Origin: Trypanosoma brucei
Taxonomy: Eukaryota
Length of the DNA: 64,000 nucleotides
Direction: 5' to 3'
Assembly: GCA_000002445.1 (NCBI GenBank)
Contig: CH464491.1
Span: 4,352,001 to 4,416,000, forward strand
Part shown: positions 47,277-59,214 of the stretch, piece by piece
How the letters are laid out: each line of letters begins with the position of its first letter
How positions within the stretch are numbered: position 1 is the first letter of the stretch
Position numbers and translations under genes: made by a program
The notes under the pieces: model-generated
Seen by the model: the letters and a program-made list of their open reading frames with translations, nothing else
What the model was told of the DNA's origin: nothing
The model's database searches: none

Positions 47277-48935
47277 TTAACGGCGTCCCTCCTCCTCTTC
47301 CTCAGGGTTAAGGCGAACACAGTCATCAATGCGAATGATGGTGATGGCTGCCTCCGTGGCGAACTGCAATGACTTCACTTTGCTGGGTTGTGGCTCGAGC
47401 ACGCCGGCCTCGACGTTATTGCGAGCCGTCCCTTCAACGAGGTCAAGACCGCAGAAGCGGGAAGCGCTCCCCGCATTGCCACCTTTCGCCCCCTCCCTCT
47501 GAGCCTCATTGTGAATGACACGCAGCCGTGACACCAACTCTGTAGCGTCCATTGCAGCGTTGAGGGCTAATGTCTTGGGAATAACCAACAGCGCCTCTGC
47601 AAAGGCTGCTACTGCCAGTTGTTCCCTTGAGCCGAGTGTAAAGGCAAAGTTCTCCAGATAGACAGACAGCGCCGCCTCTACCGCCCCACCGCCAGCCACC
47701 ACCAGACTCGCCTCTAGAGTCCGGGCAACTGCCCAAAGGGCGTCATTCAAAGCGCGCTCCATCTCTTCAAGGACAAAGTAGTTTGCACCACGGCATACTA
47801 TGGTTGCGCAAACGGAGTTGCTCGTACCGGAGATGATGATAACATCATCCTCACCGAAGCGTTCCTCATATACGCGGTCCGCTTGGCCGAGCCACTTGGA
47901 TTCGAATACTTCCTCACCTTCGAGGTCGGACATCGTGTGCACGATCTGCGCACCGGTAGCCTTTGCAATGCGGCGCATATCCTCCTTCTTAACACGACGC
48001 ACACCGAGAATACCTTCATCCACCATGTACTTCATCATGCTGTCTTCAATACCCCACGAGGTAAGAATGACGTTTGCACCGGCGGCGATCATCTTCTTTA
48101 TGCGCTCCTTCGTGATGTCGAGCTCCCGCTGACGGATGGCCTCAGCCTTCGTGGGGTCTGTAATGGTGATATTCATACTTAACTTCATCTTCACAGCGCG
48201 TAAGTCGAAGTCAATGAGTGCAATCTTGGCATTCTGAACCGATGTCGGCATCCCTTGTGCGGCGCGGGAGAGACCCAACGCGAAGCCTTGCAGGAGCATC
48301 GATTCACGCGAACTCTTGCCGTGCTGAAGCAAGATGCTCACAGCCTTCCGCGGGTACACAACATCCCCCAAGTCATTCACAGTCTTCACGGACTGAATAG
48401 CATCCACCACAATTTTCGCGAAGAGCTCGGCATCGGCGCTGAGGATCTTACTGCTCATGGATGTGCGGGCGATGTTCAGCAGCACTTCCTTGCCAAGCGC
48501 ATTCACAGAGACACTTAAGCTATCCTTCAAGTACCGCAAGGCCTCACGAAGAGCCAACTTATAACCTGCAATAATGCTGGTGGCGTGGATACCCTGAACA
48601 ATGAGGTCCTGAGCCCGCTTAAGCAACTCGGCGGCGAGGATAACAACAGAAGTGGTACCGTCACCGACCTCTTTGTCCTGCAACTGCGCGAGATCCACGA
48701 GCAGGCGGGCGGCGGGGTGCTCAACGTCTAAGCTTTTCAGTATTGTGGCTCCGTCATTTGTAACACACACGTCGCCAACATCATCCACAAGCATCTTGTC
48801 GAGCCCAACAGGACCCAGAGATGATTTGACAACGTTCGCCACGGCAGCTGTGGCCGTTACATTCTCCCGTCGTACTGCCAATCCACTCGTCCGGAAACCG
48901 TTAATTCCAAGCGCGGCCTTCTGCTTGGTTTGCAT
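47277..48935 (-). CDS. CCT1: T-complex protein 1 (CCT/TRiC chaperonin) alpha subunit, 552 aa
   Basis: ATG verified. Signatures: VANVVKSSLGPVGLDKMLVDDVGDVCVTNDGATILK, the ATP-binding VGDGTTSVV, and LVVAGGGAVEAAL. Confidence 0.92.
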   Translation of the reverse strand: MQTKQKAALGINGFRTSGLAVRRENVTATAAVANVVKSSLGPVGLDKMLVDDVGDVCVTNDGATILKSLDVEHPAARLLVDLAQLQDKEVGDGTTSVVILAAELLKRAQDLIVQGIHATSIIAGYKLALREALRYLKDSLSVSVNALGKEVLLNIARTSMSSKILSADAELFAKIVVDAIQSVKTVNDLGDVVYPRKAVSILLQHGKSSRESMLLQGFALGLSRAAQGMPTSVQNAKIALIDFDLRAVKMKLSMNITITDPTKAEAIRQRELDITKERIKKMIAAGANVILTSWGIEDSMMKYMVDEGILGVRRVKKEDMRRIAKATGAQIVHTMSDLEGEEVFESKWLGQADRVYEERFGEDDVIIISGTSNSVCATIVCRGANYFVLEEMERALNDALWAVARTLEASLVVAGGGAVEAALSVYLENFAFTLGSREQLAVAAFAEALLVIPKTLALNAAMDATELVSRLRVIHNEAQREGAKGGNAGSASRFCGLDLVEGTARNNVEAGVLEPQPSKVKSLQFATEAAITIIRIDDCVRLNPEEEEEGRR

Positions 48936-49498
48936 TTGCGTTTAATTAAGTATTAGCAGGTAAACTTCCGTTAAGGTAATTTGTGAAATGTACAGGCGAC
49001 AAAATGAGGGGGGTAAAAAAAAAAAAAGAAGGAAAACATGAAAACGATTAGAGCGAAAAGGATGGGTAGGAGACACGATAACGATTGCCGGTCCACAAGA
49101 GGAGAGTGAAAAAAAGGGGGGGAAATATGAATGACCATAAGAGAAGTAACAACAACTAGTGCAACACATGACACCGTTTCTAAAAAGCGACAAAAGAAAC
49201 GTATCGGTTAAATCGTAACCGAGGCATATCGGAATTGAAATCATCACCAATGCAACAACGTAAGTTCCGTGTAGCGTTGCAAGCACCCTTCATCTTGACA
49301 TGGCAGGAGCTGAAGAGGACCATCAGCTTATAGGCAAATCAACTAACTGCGAGACAAACAAATAAATTATAAAAAGCCGAGACGAGGATGAAAGGTTGTG
49401 AAGTCGACATATGAAAAAAAAAAAGAAGACTGATGCGCTCGAACGGTCACTCAAGTTACCGCTACGCAAATTATAACACACATATACATCTATCTATC

Positions 49499-49519
49499 TA
49501 TATATATATATATATATAT
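49499..49519. repeat. (TA)10 microsatellite
   Basis: Direct read. Confidence 0.9.
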
Positions 49520-50660
49520 CTGTAATCGACCTTACTGACCCATTAATGTTCTACTACTCCATGTATGCCAACCTACCTTCACAAAAAAAAAAGTGAGTGA
49601 GTGAGTGAGAAAAGGGAATAAAGTGAACCTTTCGCTGTTTAAGGAAAGAAGGGGAAAATATAAGTCAAAAAAACAAAACAAAACACAAAGAAGGGAAAAT
49701 CCAACAGCACAGCGCACGTGTAGAAGCACCGCCACGTTGTTCTGCTTCAACAGAGACCATGGCCCGATATCCCATCCACACCCAGTCGCAATGCGGAACA
49801 TTATTCCGTCATGTAAGTTAAATTCAATTTCAATTTCATATGCACTTCACCTCGCGCACTCTACAAAATGTTGAAGGGTACAGGAGGGTAAAAAAAAAAA
49901 AAAGAGAAAATAAAACAAAATAAACTAATAACTAGCCAAAACCCCCTAGCACATCTGCGCAGCAAATATTTGCATAACTGAGTAAACATACGTGCAAAAA
50001 TAGGCATGGGTCGCTCATTCTCACCTCGTCATATTACAGTCACGATTACGTTCACTCTACTACTCTTTTTTTTTTTCGACAGTACATTTGGCATACCCGC
50101 TTCTCCTCCTGAAACTTCCCCTTTTTATCATCTCCCATCTTTCGGGCGCCCGTACATCCCGCACTGTCATCATATTTTCATTATTTTTTCTCCCCCACCC
50201 CCCACGCTCCAATGCCTACTATACAACATTTACTCTTTCTTATTCTTCTTCCTTTTTTTTTTCCTCCCCTTTTGTTTCCTTTGCTTTCGCTATTAATATA
50301 TCCCCGCGTAATGATGTGTTAATGGAACACAACACGCCGCTCATACGGTCCCTACCTCTTCTCTTGAAAAATACTTTTTTTAGTACCATGGTATGAATTT
50401 AAATATACAAATGCACAACACATCAGTGGTGGGAACACAAAACATGAGTAGGGAGAAGGGAAGAAAACAGAAAGGGAAAGAGAAAAGATAGTTTTAATTG
50501 CGCCCGCGAAGAGCACATTTTGGATGTTGTTGTTGTTGTTGTTGCTGCCTATCACTTCTTTTTTTTTTTCCCTCCCCCTCTTTTCTTCTTATCCTTTATG
50601 ACTTCACCTCATGTTTCACATACTCACAAGCATACATCACCATAGCATGGGAAGGAGGGA

Positions 50661-51503
50661 TCACTTTGGTGGTGGTGCTTCACTTTCAACACTAGATTGA
50701 AGACGCTCAAATTCTTCCTCCCTTTCCAGTAATCCCTTAAAGTACCGTACCGTTTTTACCTTCAGCTCCAGTGTGGCATCTTCATCTACGCAAAGCACAG
50801 CTGCGGGATGAAGTTGCAAGGCGGTGATGGGATGTGCATGCGTTACGCTGCCTTCCACACAATGGGCTACAGGCACAGCTTTTCCTGCTCCTGTCGCTAC
50901 AACCACAACATTCCTTGCATTCATTACCGTACGAATACCAACAGTTAAGGCCATCGTCGGCACCTTTCGGATATCATTATCGAAGAACCGAGCGTTGGAA
51001 GTAATTGTCTCCTGATTGAGAGACTTAACACGTGTGAGGCTTTCCAAACTGCTGCCAGGTTCATTGAAAGCCAAATGGCCATCAGTGCCTACACCCGCGA
51101 GAAAAAGTTCCACGCCACCTACAGCCGCAATTTTCTCCTCATACATGCGACACTCTGCCACCAAATCAGCGGCTGTCCCATTTAAAAGGTTGCGGTTCTG
51201 TTCGGGAATATCCACATGATCAAAGAAGTTATGTTTCATAAAATAGTAATAACTCTGCGGATGGTCACGGGGGAGACCGACGTATTCATCCATGTTGAAA
51301 GTTACCACGTTACGAAAAGAAATGCGGCCATCGCGGTACGCCTTCACGAGCCGCTGGTATGTTTTCAGTGGAGAACTACCGGTCGGAAGACCAATAACAA
51401 ACGGCCTCTCGCTGGAGGGACCAAAATCAATTATCTTCTTAATGATGTATTCCGAGACGTAATCCGCGACGGCTTCATCATCGGGGGAAATGACGATACG
51501 CAT
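50661..51503 (-). CDS. GNPDA: Glucosamine-6-phosphate deaminase/isomerase (NagB/GNPDA), 280 aa
   Basis: ATG verified. Signatures: MRIVISPD..., GLPTGSSPL, TFNMDEYVGL, and the active-site region VGTDGHLAFNEPGSS. Confidence 0.92.
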   Translation of the reverse strand: MRIVISPDDEAVADYVSEYIIKKIIDFGPSSERPFVIGLPTGSSPLKTYQRLVKAYRDGRISFRNVVTFNMDEYVGLPRDHPQSYYYFMKHNFFDHVDIPEQNRNLLNGTAADLVAECRMYEEKIAAVGGVELFLAGVGTDGHLAFNEPGSSLESLTRVKSLNQETITSNARFFDNDIRKVPTMALTVGIRTVMNARNVVVVATGAGKAVPVAHCVEGSVTHAHPITALQLHPAAVLCVDEDATLELKVKTVRYFKGLLEREEEFERLQSSVESEAPPPK

Positions 51504-52906
51504 GAATTACGTAATTGCTGTTGATGCTTCCTAATCCAAAAATGATCAATTATGTTCCTTGTATTCGTATATATATATATATATATATATATTTCCTCCC
51601 CTCTCAGCTCCCTACAGACACACAAAACACACAAACTTTGTGGCTGTAACAAATGGCAGTTGATTGTTGTTATGATTCTTATATTCCCTTTTCTCCTTCA
51701 GTTGTGCACTCCCTTTTCACTGTGCCTAGGTAATATTCCATATGTAAAACAAAATAAAGGAAACACACAGTGGGCAAAAAATGATGCACACGGAAGGAAA
51801 GAAACCAAAATAGGAGGTAAGGCAATAAAGAAGAAAAATTTTAAAAAAAAACGCAAACAAAAAAAGAAGAAGTAGAAACAGCAGGGAGAAAAAGAAAATG
51901 AGAATGAGAATGAGAACGCCGTGCAGATGGGGAAACAAAAAAAAAAGGAAGTCACTAAAGAATGAGACAGAGACGAGCAAATAAACAGAAAAAAAAACAC
52001 GAACATAAGCATAAGCATAAGCATGTGGTGCTCAAAGGAGGGGAATTCTTTTTTTTAATTTTTATTTATTTTCTTTCTTTCTTTCTTTCTCTCTCTTTCT
52101 TTTTGGGGAGTGAAGGAAACTCTGCTACAGCAGAAGTAGCGACAGTGAACCTCAGCAACAGGTTTAGTGGAGAGAAAAAATATATAAGTCGTAAATAAGG
52201 AAAGATTTAAAAAAAAGGAAAAAAAACAATCAAACGGACAAACACAATCCAGTTAATGTCTTTTTTTCTTTTTTTGTTGTTCTTTACTTTTCAGTCCTGA
52301 AAAGTAAAGTAAAAATAGAAAAATAAAAGGAAAATTAAAAAAAGAAAAAAAAGAAGCAGAGAACAGCAGGCGGTCAGGTACGCAGGCGGGATTAAGGAGG
52401 AGACATATATGAAAACAGAAAGTAAAAAAAAGAAAAAAGAAAAAAGAAAACACAGCATATCATATCATAGCACAGCACTAGTACGACCAAATAGAAGGAG
52501 TGATTTTTTTTTTTTGAAAAAAAAAAAAGAGGGGTGAATTAGTTTACAAAAATTAGAGGGATTGAAAAATGGGGAAAAAAAGAAATGGAGGAAGAGGACT
52601 GGTGGCGTAGAAGCAAAAAAAAAAAAGAGAGAGAGAGAGAGCAAAAAGAGGGGGAAAAAAAAGAGGTCACACAACAGCAACAACATAAAAAGAAAAAAAG
52701 AACACACAGGAAAACCATACACCGTTCCACGTGCGGTAGTGGTGCAAATCAAAAATTAAAAATGAAAAAAAAAAGAGAAAATAATAATCACAATAAGGTG
52801 TAATGACACAAGATAATTCAAAACCTTTAATGAAAAAAAAAAACGCAGAAGATAAATGAGTGGGAATGAGTCACACACGCGACAAATAAAGAAAGAACAC
52901 AAACAA

Positions 52907-52920
<14 letters not shown>

Positions 52921-52948
<28 letters not shown>
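52921..52948. repeat. (AT)14 microsatellite
   Basis: Direct read. Confidence 0.95.
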
Positions 52949-52953
<5 letters not shown>

Positions 52954-54746
52954 AACCCAAACAAAGGCCTAACAACTGAGCATACTACCACTTTCATTTC
53001 TCCTAATTTATTAATTTCTCTTAAAGTTAAACGCGATCTGTTTTTATTCATCCACTCATTAAAATTTTCTTATTAACACAGTTATTCACATTGCCACTAC
53101 ACACGCGTAGAAACATATATAAACACATGGCTTTCAGAAAATGTAAAATGTATGGCATTGCTTAAAAAAGCAAATGCCTCCTTTATCCATGCCTCCCCCC
53201 CCCCCTCAAGAAAAACAAAACAACATTCACCCCCATAACGACAGACACGTAAAAAAGAAATATATATATATATTTTTTTTTTGGAATTTTCTTTATCTTC
53301 TTTTTTTATTTTATATTGTGAAATAACGAGAAAAAGGAAAAAGAAAGGTATACAACAGGATTGGGGAACAGAAACAAAAAAAAAAAGAAAGAAAAAAAAA
53401 GAAAAAGAACAAAATATATTTTTGTACAGCGCAACAAAAAGGGGGTAACAAGGATGATAATAACATTCAATTTCATACAAACAAACAAACAAACAAATAC
53501 ATTTATTTATTTATTTTAGAGGGAATAATGAAATGAATGTACACCTGATAAATGAAAGATATCAGAGCCTTCGTCGTCCCTACGCACTGCTGAGTGCCTC
53601 TCTAATGTGCACAATAAATTAAATAACACACATACAAAAGTACCGGAAATATAATTTAGAAATAGTAAAAGAAAAGGGAAAAAAGGGAATGGAAAGAGAA
53701 AAGAAAAAGAAAGTAGAAAGCGATGTGGATCATTCGCCAAAACATTTTTATTTATATTTTTTATTTTTTATTTGTGTGTGTGTTTGTGTTTGTTTTCGCT
53801 TTATTCCTTTCTTTCTTGTGTACACGAAACTTCTCATTTCTTCCCCGATTCCATTACTTTTCAGTTTTAGTTTCTTCTCCATTTTTTTTTCCCCCTCCTC
53901 CTCCTCCTCCTCACCAAAACGCATTAAAACAAACGTCTCTTCACATTTTCTCTCCCCTTCTTCCATTTCTTTTCTTTTTTATTTCATTCCTTTTTCTTAT
54001 GCATGTGTTCGTGTTGTTTCTTTTTTTTTTTCTTTTTAAGGGGGGTTTGATGGGGTGAAATAAAACAAAGTAATATCAAATAAAGGAAAAAGTTAAAAAA
54101 CGACAAGGAAAAGAGGTAAATAAATCATGCAAATAAAACGAACCATTCAAACTACTAAAAAAAAAAAAAGAGAAAAAACAAACAACACGCACACATACAC
54201 ATACACATACACAAAAAAAAAAAGCCAAAAGGGGAAGCACGCATATGAGCTTTAGCAAAAAAAAAAAAAGAAAAAAGAGACACACAGATACACACAAACA
54301 GAACAAATTAAAACCAAAAGTAAAAGCAGAGGAACAAAACTTCCACCGGTACAAATGGTGGCAAAAGAAAAAAATGTGGGGCACACAAAAGTGCAGTTAA
54401 ATCGACGCCCGCAGAGAAGAACCAACGGTGAATATGAGCGATGGAGGTAAATATGGAAAAAGAAAAAAAAGAAGGGAGGGAAGGGAAGGGAAGGAAGGGG
54501 AGGAAGGAAAATAACAACACAAAACAAAAGGTAAAGGTTGTTACGAGATAAACAACGAAATTTATTTATTATTACTATTATTAAAAACAAAAAAAACAAA
54601 AAAAGTGGGAAAAAACAACACAAAAAGGTGCGTAAGCGCCCGACAGTAAGGAGTAAGAAAAAAAAATTATGAAGAAAGTAAAAATGAAGTGAAACCTTAC
54701 GAGCATGCGAGAAGATGTACACACAAACACAAACATAAACACTAAT

Positions 54747-54777
<31 letters not shown>

Positions 54778-55632
54778 TACTTTTGAAGGTCCGATGCATC
54801 ATGCTTCAAGCGGAACAACAAACCAAAGAGGAAAATAATAATAATAATAGCAATATAATAGCAATAAGTAATAGTAATAGTAATAATGACAGCACATGCA
54901 CTCATATATACATGCAAGTACACATAAGCACACATGCGTGCATATACACAAAACGGAAAAAGAAAAAAAAAGACATAACATAACATAACGTGCCACGTCA
55001 TCTTGTATATGCATTTGCATCTTTCTCTCTCGCTCTCAGCGTAAATATATGCATACTCATTTATGTGTTCACAGCAGCAGCTCTTAGTCCCATACGTACA
55101 CCTACACATGTAGGTCAGGTTGGTGTGCTGGCTGACTCATTACGTTATTGCTTACAAGCGTGCTTTTTAAACAAAACATGAACGCACCAGGGTAAACCCC
55201 TTAAAAAAGGAAAATATTACCAATCCAAATAATAAAAAAAAACATAAATGCACAACAGTGGGGACAAGTGCGGGTATATACATATGTATATATATACACT
55301 TACTTATAAAGAACCAAATGAACCCAAATTACCATACAATTCAGCATCCCACTCCGCATGGAACGCACATTATATTAAGGAAAGAAAAAGAAGTTTCATG
55401 TGAAAATGAACGTATTGGAACTTCAGCCCCTCAGGGCCCTCCACATTCGCCTCCCTATTCTTTATGTATCGCCTTCCTTCCTCAAATTCCTTTATTCCTT
55501 CATCCTCTTCTTTTGATTAGTTTAGCGCTGCTGCCCTTCCATCTTCTCATTCACGCCCCATCCTCTGATAGTTACATATTTACACCTCTTTTCCCACTCT
55601 TTACTCCTTTCATCAGGTGTTTTCTTTTTTCT

Positions 55633-55638
<6 letters not shown>

Positions 55639-55670
<32 letters not shown>
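55639..55670. repeat. (TA)16 microsatellite
   Basis: Direct read. Confidence 0.95.
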
Positions 55671-55673
<3 letters not shown>

Positions 55674-55950
55674 TATTACCTCCCCCTACCCAATCCATAT
55701 CCTAGCGGTTGCCATGTTCATTCTATTCCACATTTCGTGCCTCTGCTTTTTTTTTCGTCTATCCTCTTGTTTTGTTTTGTTATTTTTTTGCTGTGCTTGT
55801 TTCTGTTCGTGTGGGGAAGGGGGAGGGGGGACTTTCACCGTTGTTTTCCCCTTCTCCCTTTAAAGAAAAAAAAAAATTAATTCCTTATACAACCGAGATG
55901 ATTTCTGGTGTCAACATCGCTTCTACTCCTGCATTCCACTTAGCCGCACC

Positions 55951-57924
55951 TCATCGTTTTGTTGCACCATCTCGAAAAGAATATCGGTGACCCGCTACAC
56001 TGTGCTGAGAACTCGGCTTATCAGACACTTTCCGCGGTGGTCCTTCTAATTCACCGTTATCGTGTGTGCGTTTCACATGTTTCTTCCTTTGTTTATGGTC
56101 ACTGCCATTGTTGTTTTGCTCCCCACACCCGAGGTCCATCTTTTCATCTTTGTGTGCTGAAAAGGAAGTGGTACTTCCATTGGAATGCAGGCCTGCGCCT
56201 GGAATACCATTTGAACTGGGTGGTCGTAACCCTTTTGAAACTAATGGACTACATGCATCTTGTGGGGCAGGGCCGGCACCGACAGCTACGCCACTCGGCC
56301 CATAGGAAGTGATACCCGAATTATTTGTACCATTAGGAAGCAGAGGAAACAGGTAGTTGGGCTTCACTGACTTACCTAACGCGCTGCACGACTTCCACTC
56401 TCTCTTTTGCTCAGGCTTGACTTCAGATTTGGCCTGCTTAACCTTGGGTCCACTTTGGGCAGCAGATGCCTTGACCCGTTGTACATCGGGCGACCGAGAA
56501 ATATTCTTCGCACTAAGCCTTAAGCAACCCGTAACTTTCATCGCCTGCACTCCATTGTAATTTTTGTCACCCACTGAATTGGTACCACTTCTCGGAACAG
56601 GTTTTGTAACCTGAACACCGGGCGGAAGTCCAGAAGGGTACGGATGCGCCTGGCGGGGCCCGATATTGGGTAACTCACCACTAAGTGCCATAGTTGCCCC
56701 TACTGTTGATCCTATATAATGACTCCATAGCGCTCCAAGCTGGTGGAAAGAGTTACTATTGCTATCCACAACAACACTTCCTCCAACGCCTCCCACCACT
56801 TCACTGGAAACGCCCATCGTGGTATTCTTACTTTCTGCAGAGTCAACCTTGTCGGTTGTTTCCGCATCTAATGACGGGGCGGCCAGCCTCGGTAGTGTGA
56901 GTTCAGCATCCACGCGATCGTTGCCTAAGGTTTGCTGCTGGTGTTGTTGTTCTCTCGAAAAATTGTGATCGGGACTAGTTGGCGCTACATCCACTAATGG
57001 AGGCTGACAATGTTGGAAAAGCTCCCGTAGCTCCAGTTCGTACGTAGCGCGGAAGTTGTTCTCCGTAAAGTACGCCATACTCATGAGCGCCGTGCACGAA
57101 GGTCGCTCGACTGGGTCCATGCGGAGGCACGAAGTAAGAAATTCTAACCATGGCGATGCTGCGGTGGGGAAACGCTGCTGCAGCGTCTCTTCCACATCAA
57201 CGTTAGGGAAGGTTACACGGCGATACAAGGCATTGTGTTCAAACGTAGAAACCATCTGCTGCGGGACGGGCCCGCAAGCACGCATGATAAGCGAGAGCTG
57301 ATCCAAGTCAGAGTCTCCGGGGAAAAGCGGCTGTCCGTCGGAGAGCTCTGAAAAAACGCAACCAATAGCCCAAACATCAACCGCTTTGCCATATGATACA
57401 TCACCAACTAGTAACTCCGGTGCACGATACCAGCGAGTTGCAACATATTCCGTATAATTCCCCCGACACGACAACTGCCTGGCGAAACCAAAGTCGCACA
57501 ACTTCAGAACGCCGTCCCTAGATACTAGGATGTTTTCTGGCTTTACATCGCGGTGAATGATATTGTGTGCATGGCAGTAACTCACACCGTTCAATAACTG
57601 AAAGGTGTACCGCCGTACCTCATCGGGTGAAAGTCCATACTTCTTTTCCTCAATCAGCTGCAGAATCGTGTTCTCAACATACTCAAAAACAAGATAAAGC
57701 TTCCCATCGCGGCGAAATACATCTAACAGGGCTATGACGTTAGGGTGGCGTAACTGCTTCAGCACACGTACCTCCCGAAGCGACGTTTTGCGGACGTGAT
57801 CGTCATCTTCAGCCTGTTTGTACTTTTTAATAGCAACGATGCGTGATGTCGCCCGGTGCCGCGCCTTCACAACTACACCATAAGTCCCCTCCCCAAGCAT
57901 ACCAAGTGTTTCGTACGCATCCAT
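55951..57924 (-). CDS. CMGC protein kinase of the CDKL (cyclin-dependent kinase-like) type, 657 aa, with a long Ser/Pro/Gly-rich C-terminal extension
   Basis: ATG verified at 57922-57924. Kinase motifs: GEGTYGVV, VAIKK, HRDVKPENILV, KLCDFGFAR (DFGFAR is CDKL-like; MAPKs have DFGLAR), and WYRAPELL. The last 330 aa or so is low-complexity. Confidence 0.88.
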   Translation of the reverse strand: MDAYETLGMLGEGTYGVVVKARHRATSRIVAIKKYKQAEDDDHVRKTSLREVRVLKQLRHPNVIALLDVFRRDGKLYLVFEYVENTILQLIEEKKYGLSPDEVRRYTFQLLNGVSYCHAHNIIHRDVKPENILVSRDGVLKLCDFGFARQLSCRGNYTEYVATRWYRAPELLVGDVSYGKAVDVWAIGCVFSELSDGQPLFPGDSDLDQLSLIMRACGPVPQQMVSTFEHNALYRRVTFPNVDVEETLQQRFPTAASPWLEFLTSCLRMDPVERPSCTALMSMAYFTENNFRATYELELRELFQHCQPPLVDVAPTSPDHNFSREQQHQQQTLGNDRVDAELTLPRLAAPSLDAETTDKVDSAESKNTTMGVSSEVVGGVGGSVVVDSNSNSFHQLGALWSHYIGSTVGATMALSGELPNIGPRQAHPYPSGLPPGVQVTKPVPRSGTNSVGDKNYNGVQAMKVTGCLRLSAKNISRSPDVQRVKASAAQSGPKVKQAKSEVKPEQKREWKSCSALGKSVKPNYLFPLLPNGTNNSGITSYGPSGVAVGAGPAPQDACSPLVSKGLRPPSSNGIPGAGLHSNGSTTSFSAHKDEKMDLGCGEQNNNGSDHKQRKKHVKRTHDNGELEGPPRKVSDKPSSQHSVAGHRYSFRDGATKR

Positions 57925-59214
57925 TGCGTTCGTATTCCTCTCTCACTTCCCTTTCCTCCCTTTCTTTTTGTTTTTGTTCTTTTTAAAGACACCTCCTTTG
58001 GGTACGAACTTTTCCCTCTTTTGAATGCTTTGGTTTGCTTCCTCTTCTCCCTTTATTCGTCCCTTTTCCCAAAATCTGTGCGGAGGGTTACACAACTGAT
58101 CTCCTTCGCTTCCCAGTGATCGCTTTGATTTAATTCAGTTGCACACGTAAGTATTCTTCTCACTACCTCTCCTCCACCTTTTTCCCCCTCTCCTTTTCTC
58201 TTTTTTTTTCTAATGTACTGGATGTATCGTCCGTTTCAATGTTTGTTTTTATATCTCTCTCTCTCTTGATCAACTGTAAGTGTCTTGTGCTGTTTCCCTT
58301 TTCCTTTCCCTGCAAATGTCGCCTCCTTTGTGATATCCAGTTTGTGACCGTGTACGCGCTTATATAAACGCACGTCCACTTGCGTGCGTGTGTTTAAGTA
58401 CTATAATACAACTTAGTGTATGGCAGCAGCGGAAATGGAACGGATAACACAGTTATAGTTCTCTTGTGCTGTGACTGATTTTTTTTCTTTCTTTCTTTTC
58501 TTCCTCTCCCTCTTCCACCTTTCCTCACTGTATGTTGGAGTCCGTCCTTTGCAGCAGCACGCGGGTGTTTTTCTCCCAAGATAGGCTCCTACAATAATCC
58601 CGTGGAGGAGGTACGCACAAATATATATATATATATATTTAATGATAATAACAATAACAATAGCAGACGCACAGCCAAAGAGTCTGCAAATGAACGAATG
58701 AGCAAATGCGACGAGCCAAATTCTTCAGTCACACGCAACCGACTCACTCAATAGCACAGAGCAGGTTAAACGAAGACTATACAAAAGGGAAAAGGTCCTG
58801 AACGGCGCCTTTCCGAAACAACGGGGTGATAAGAGTAAGGATGACAAAGACAGAGAAGGAAAGAAAGAGAGAAATTCAATAATTTTTTTTAAAAAAAGTA
58901 AAGGTTACCGGCTGAAACCACTGAAGTGCAGCTCCCACCTAATGAGGAGCCACTCACCCTAAACCTATTACCTAATCGCAGTTGCAAATCAGAGGGAAAG
59001 GGAAATAGGAAAATTAGCACGGGCAACGGTAGGAATATAGGTTAGATTGAGCAGCTCGACACATTCTCAAAAACGCACGGAAAGGAAGAAGGGAAAGACA
59101 AAAATAAAACGCCGTGAAATGCAATCTAAGTGGTGCTTTCAGCCCACAAGAATAGAAGACAGAAAACGAAATTCCTCTGCCAAAACAAAAAAAAAGAAGG
59201 TGGAGCAGTTTTTC

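Larger units (their letters stand above)
51504..55950 (-). other. 4.4-kb gene-free low-complexity spacer, purine-rich on + and pyrimidine-rich on the coding strand. It lies 3' of the CDKL kinase and 5' of GNPDA, and is probably a very long 3'UTR/intergenic region.
   Basis: Only junk low-complexity ORFs. Repeats read directly: (TA)n at 51568-51593, 52921-52948 and 55639-55670, GAATGA x3 at 51896-51918, CATAAG x3 at 52004-52025, (CTTT)n at 52070-52105, (CCT)6 at 53894-53912, GGGAAG x4 at 54475-54500, and (AC)n at 54760-54780. Confidence 0.6.

Noticed and set aside
54252-55109. 285-aa minus-strand ORF in the 51.5-55.9 kb tract
   Set aside because: The translation is pure low-complexity (C/V/Y/F/I repeats) generated by the (TA)n, (CA)n and poly-pyrimidine microsatellites. 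It has no start context and is not credible as coding.
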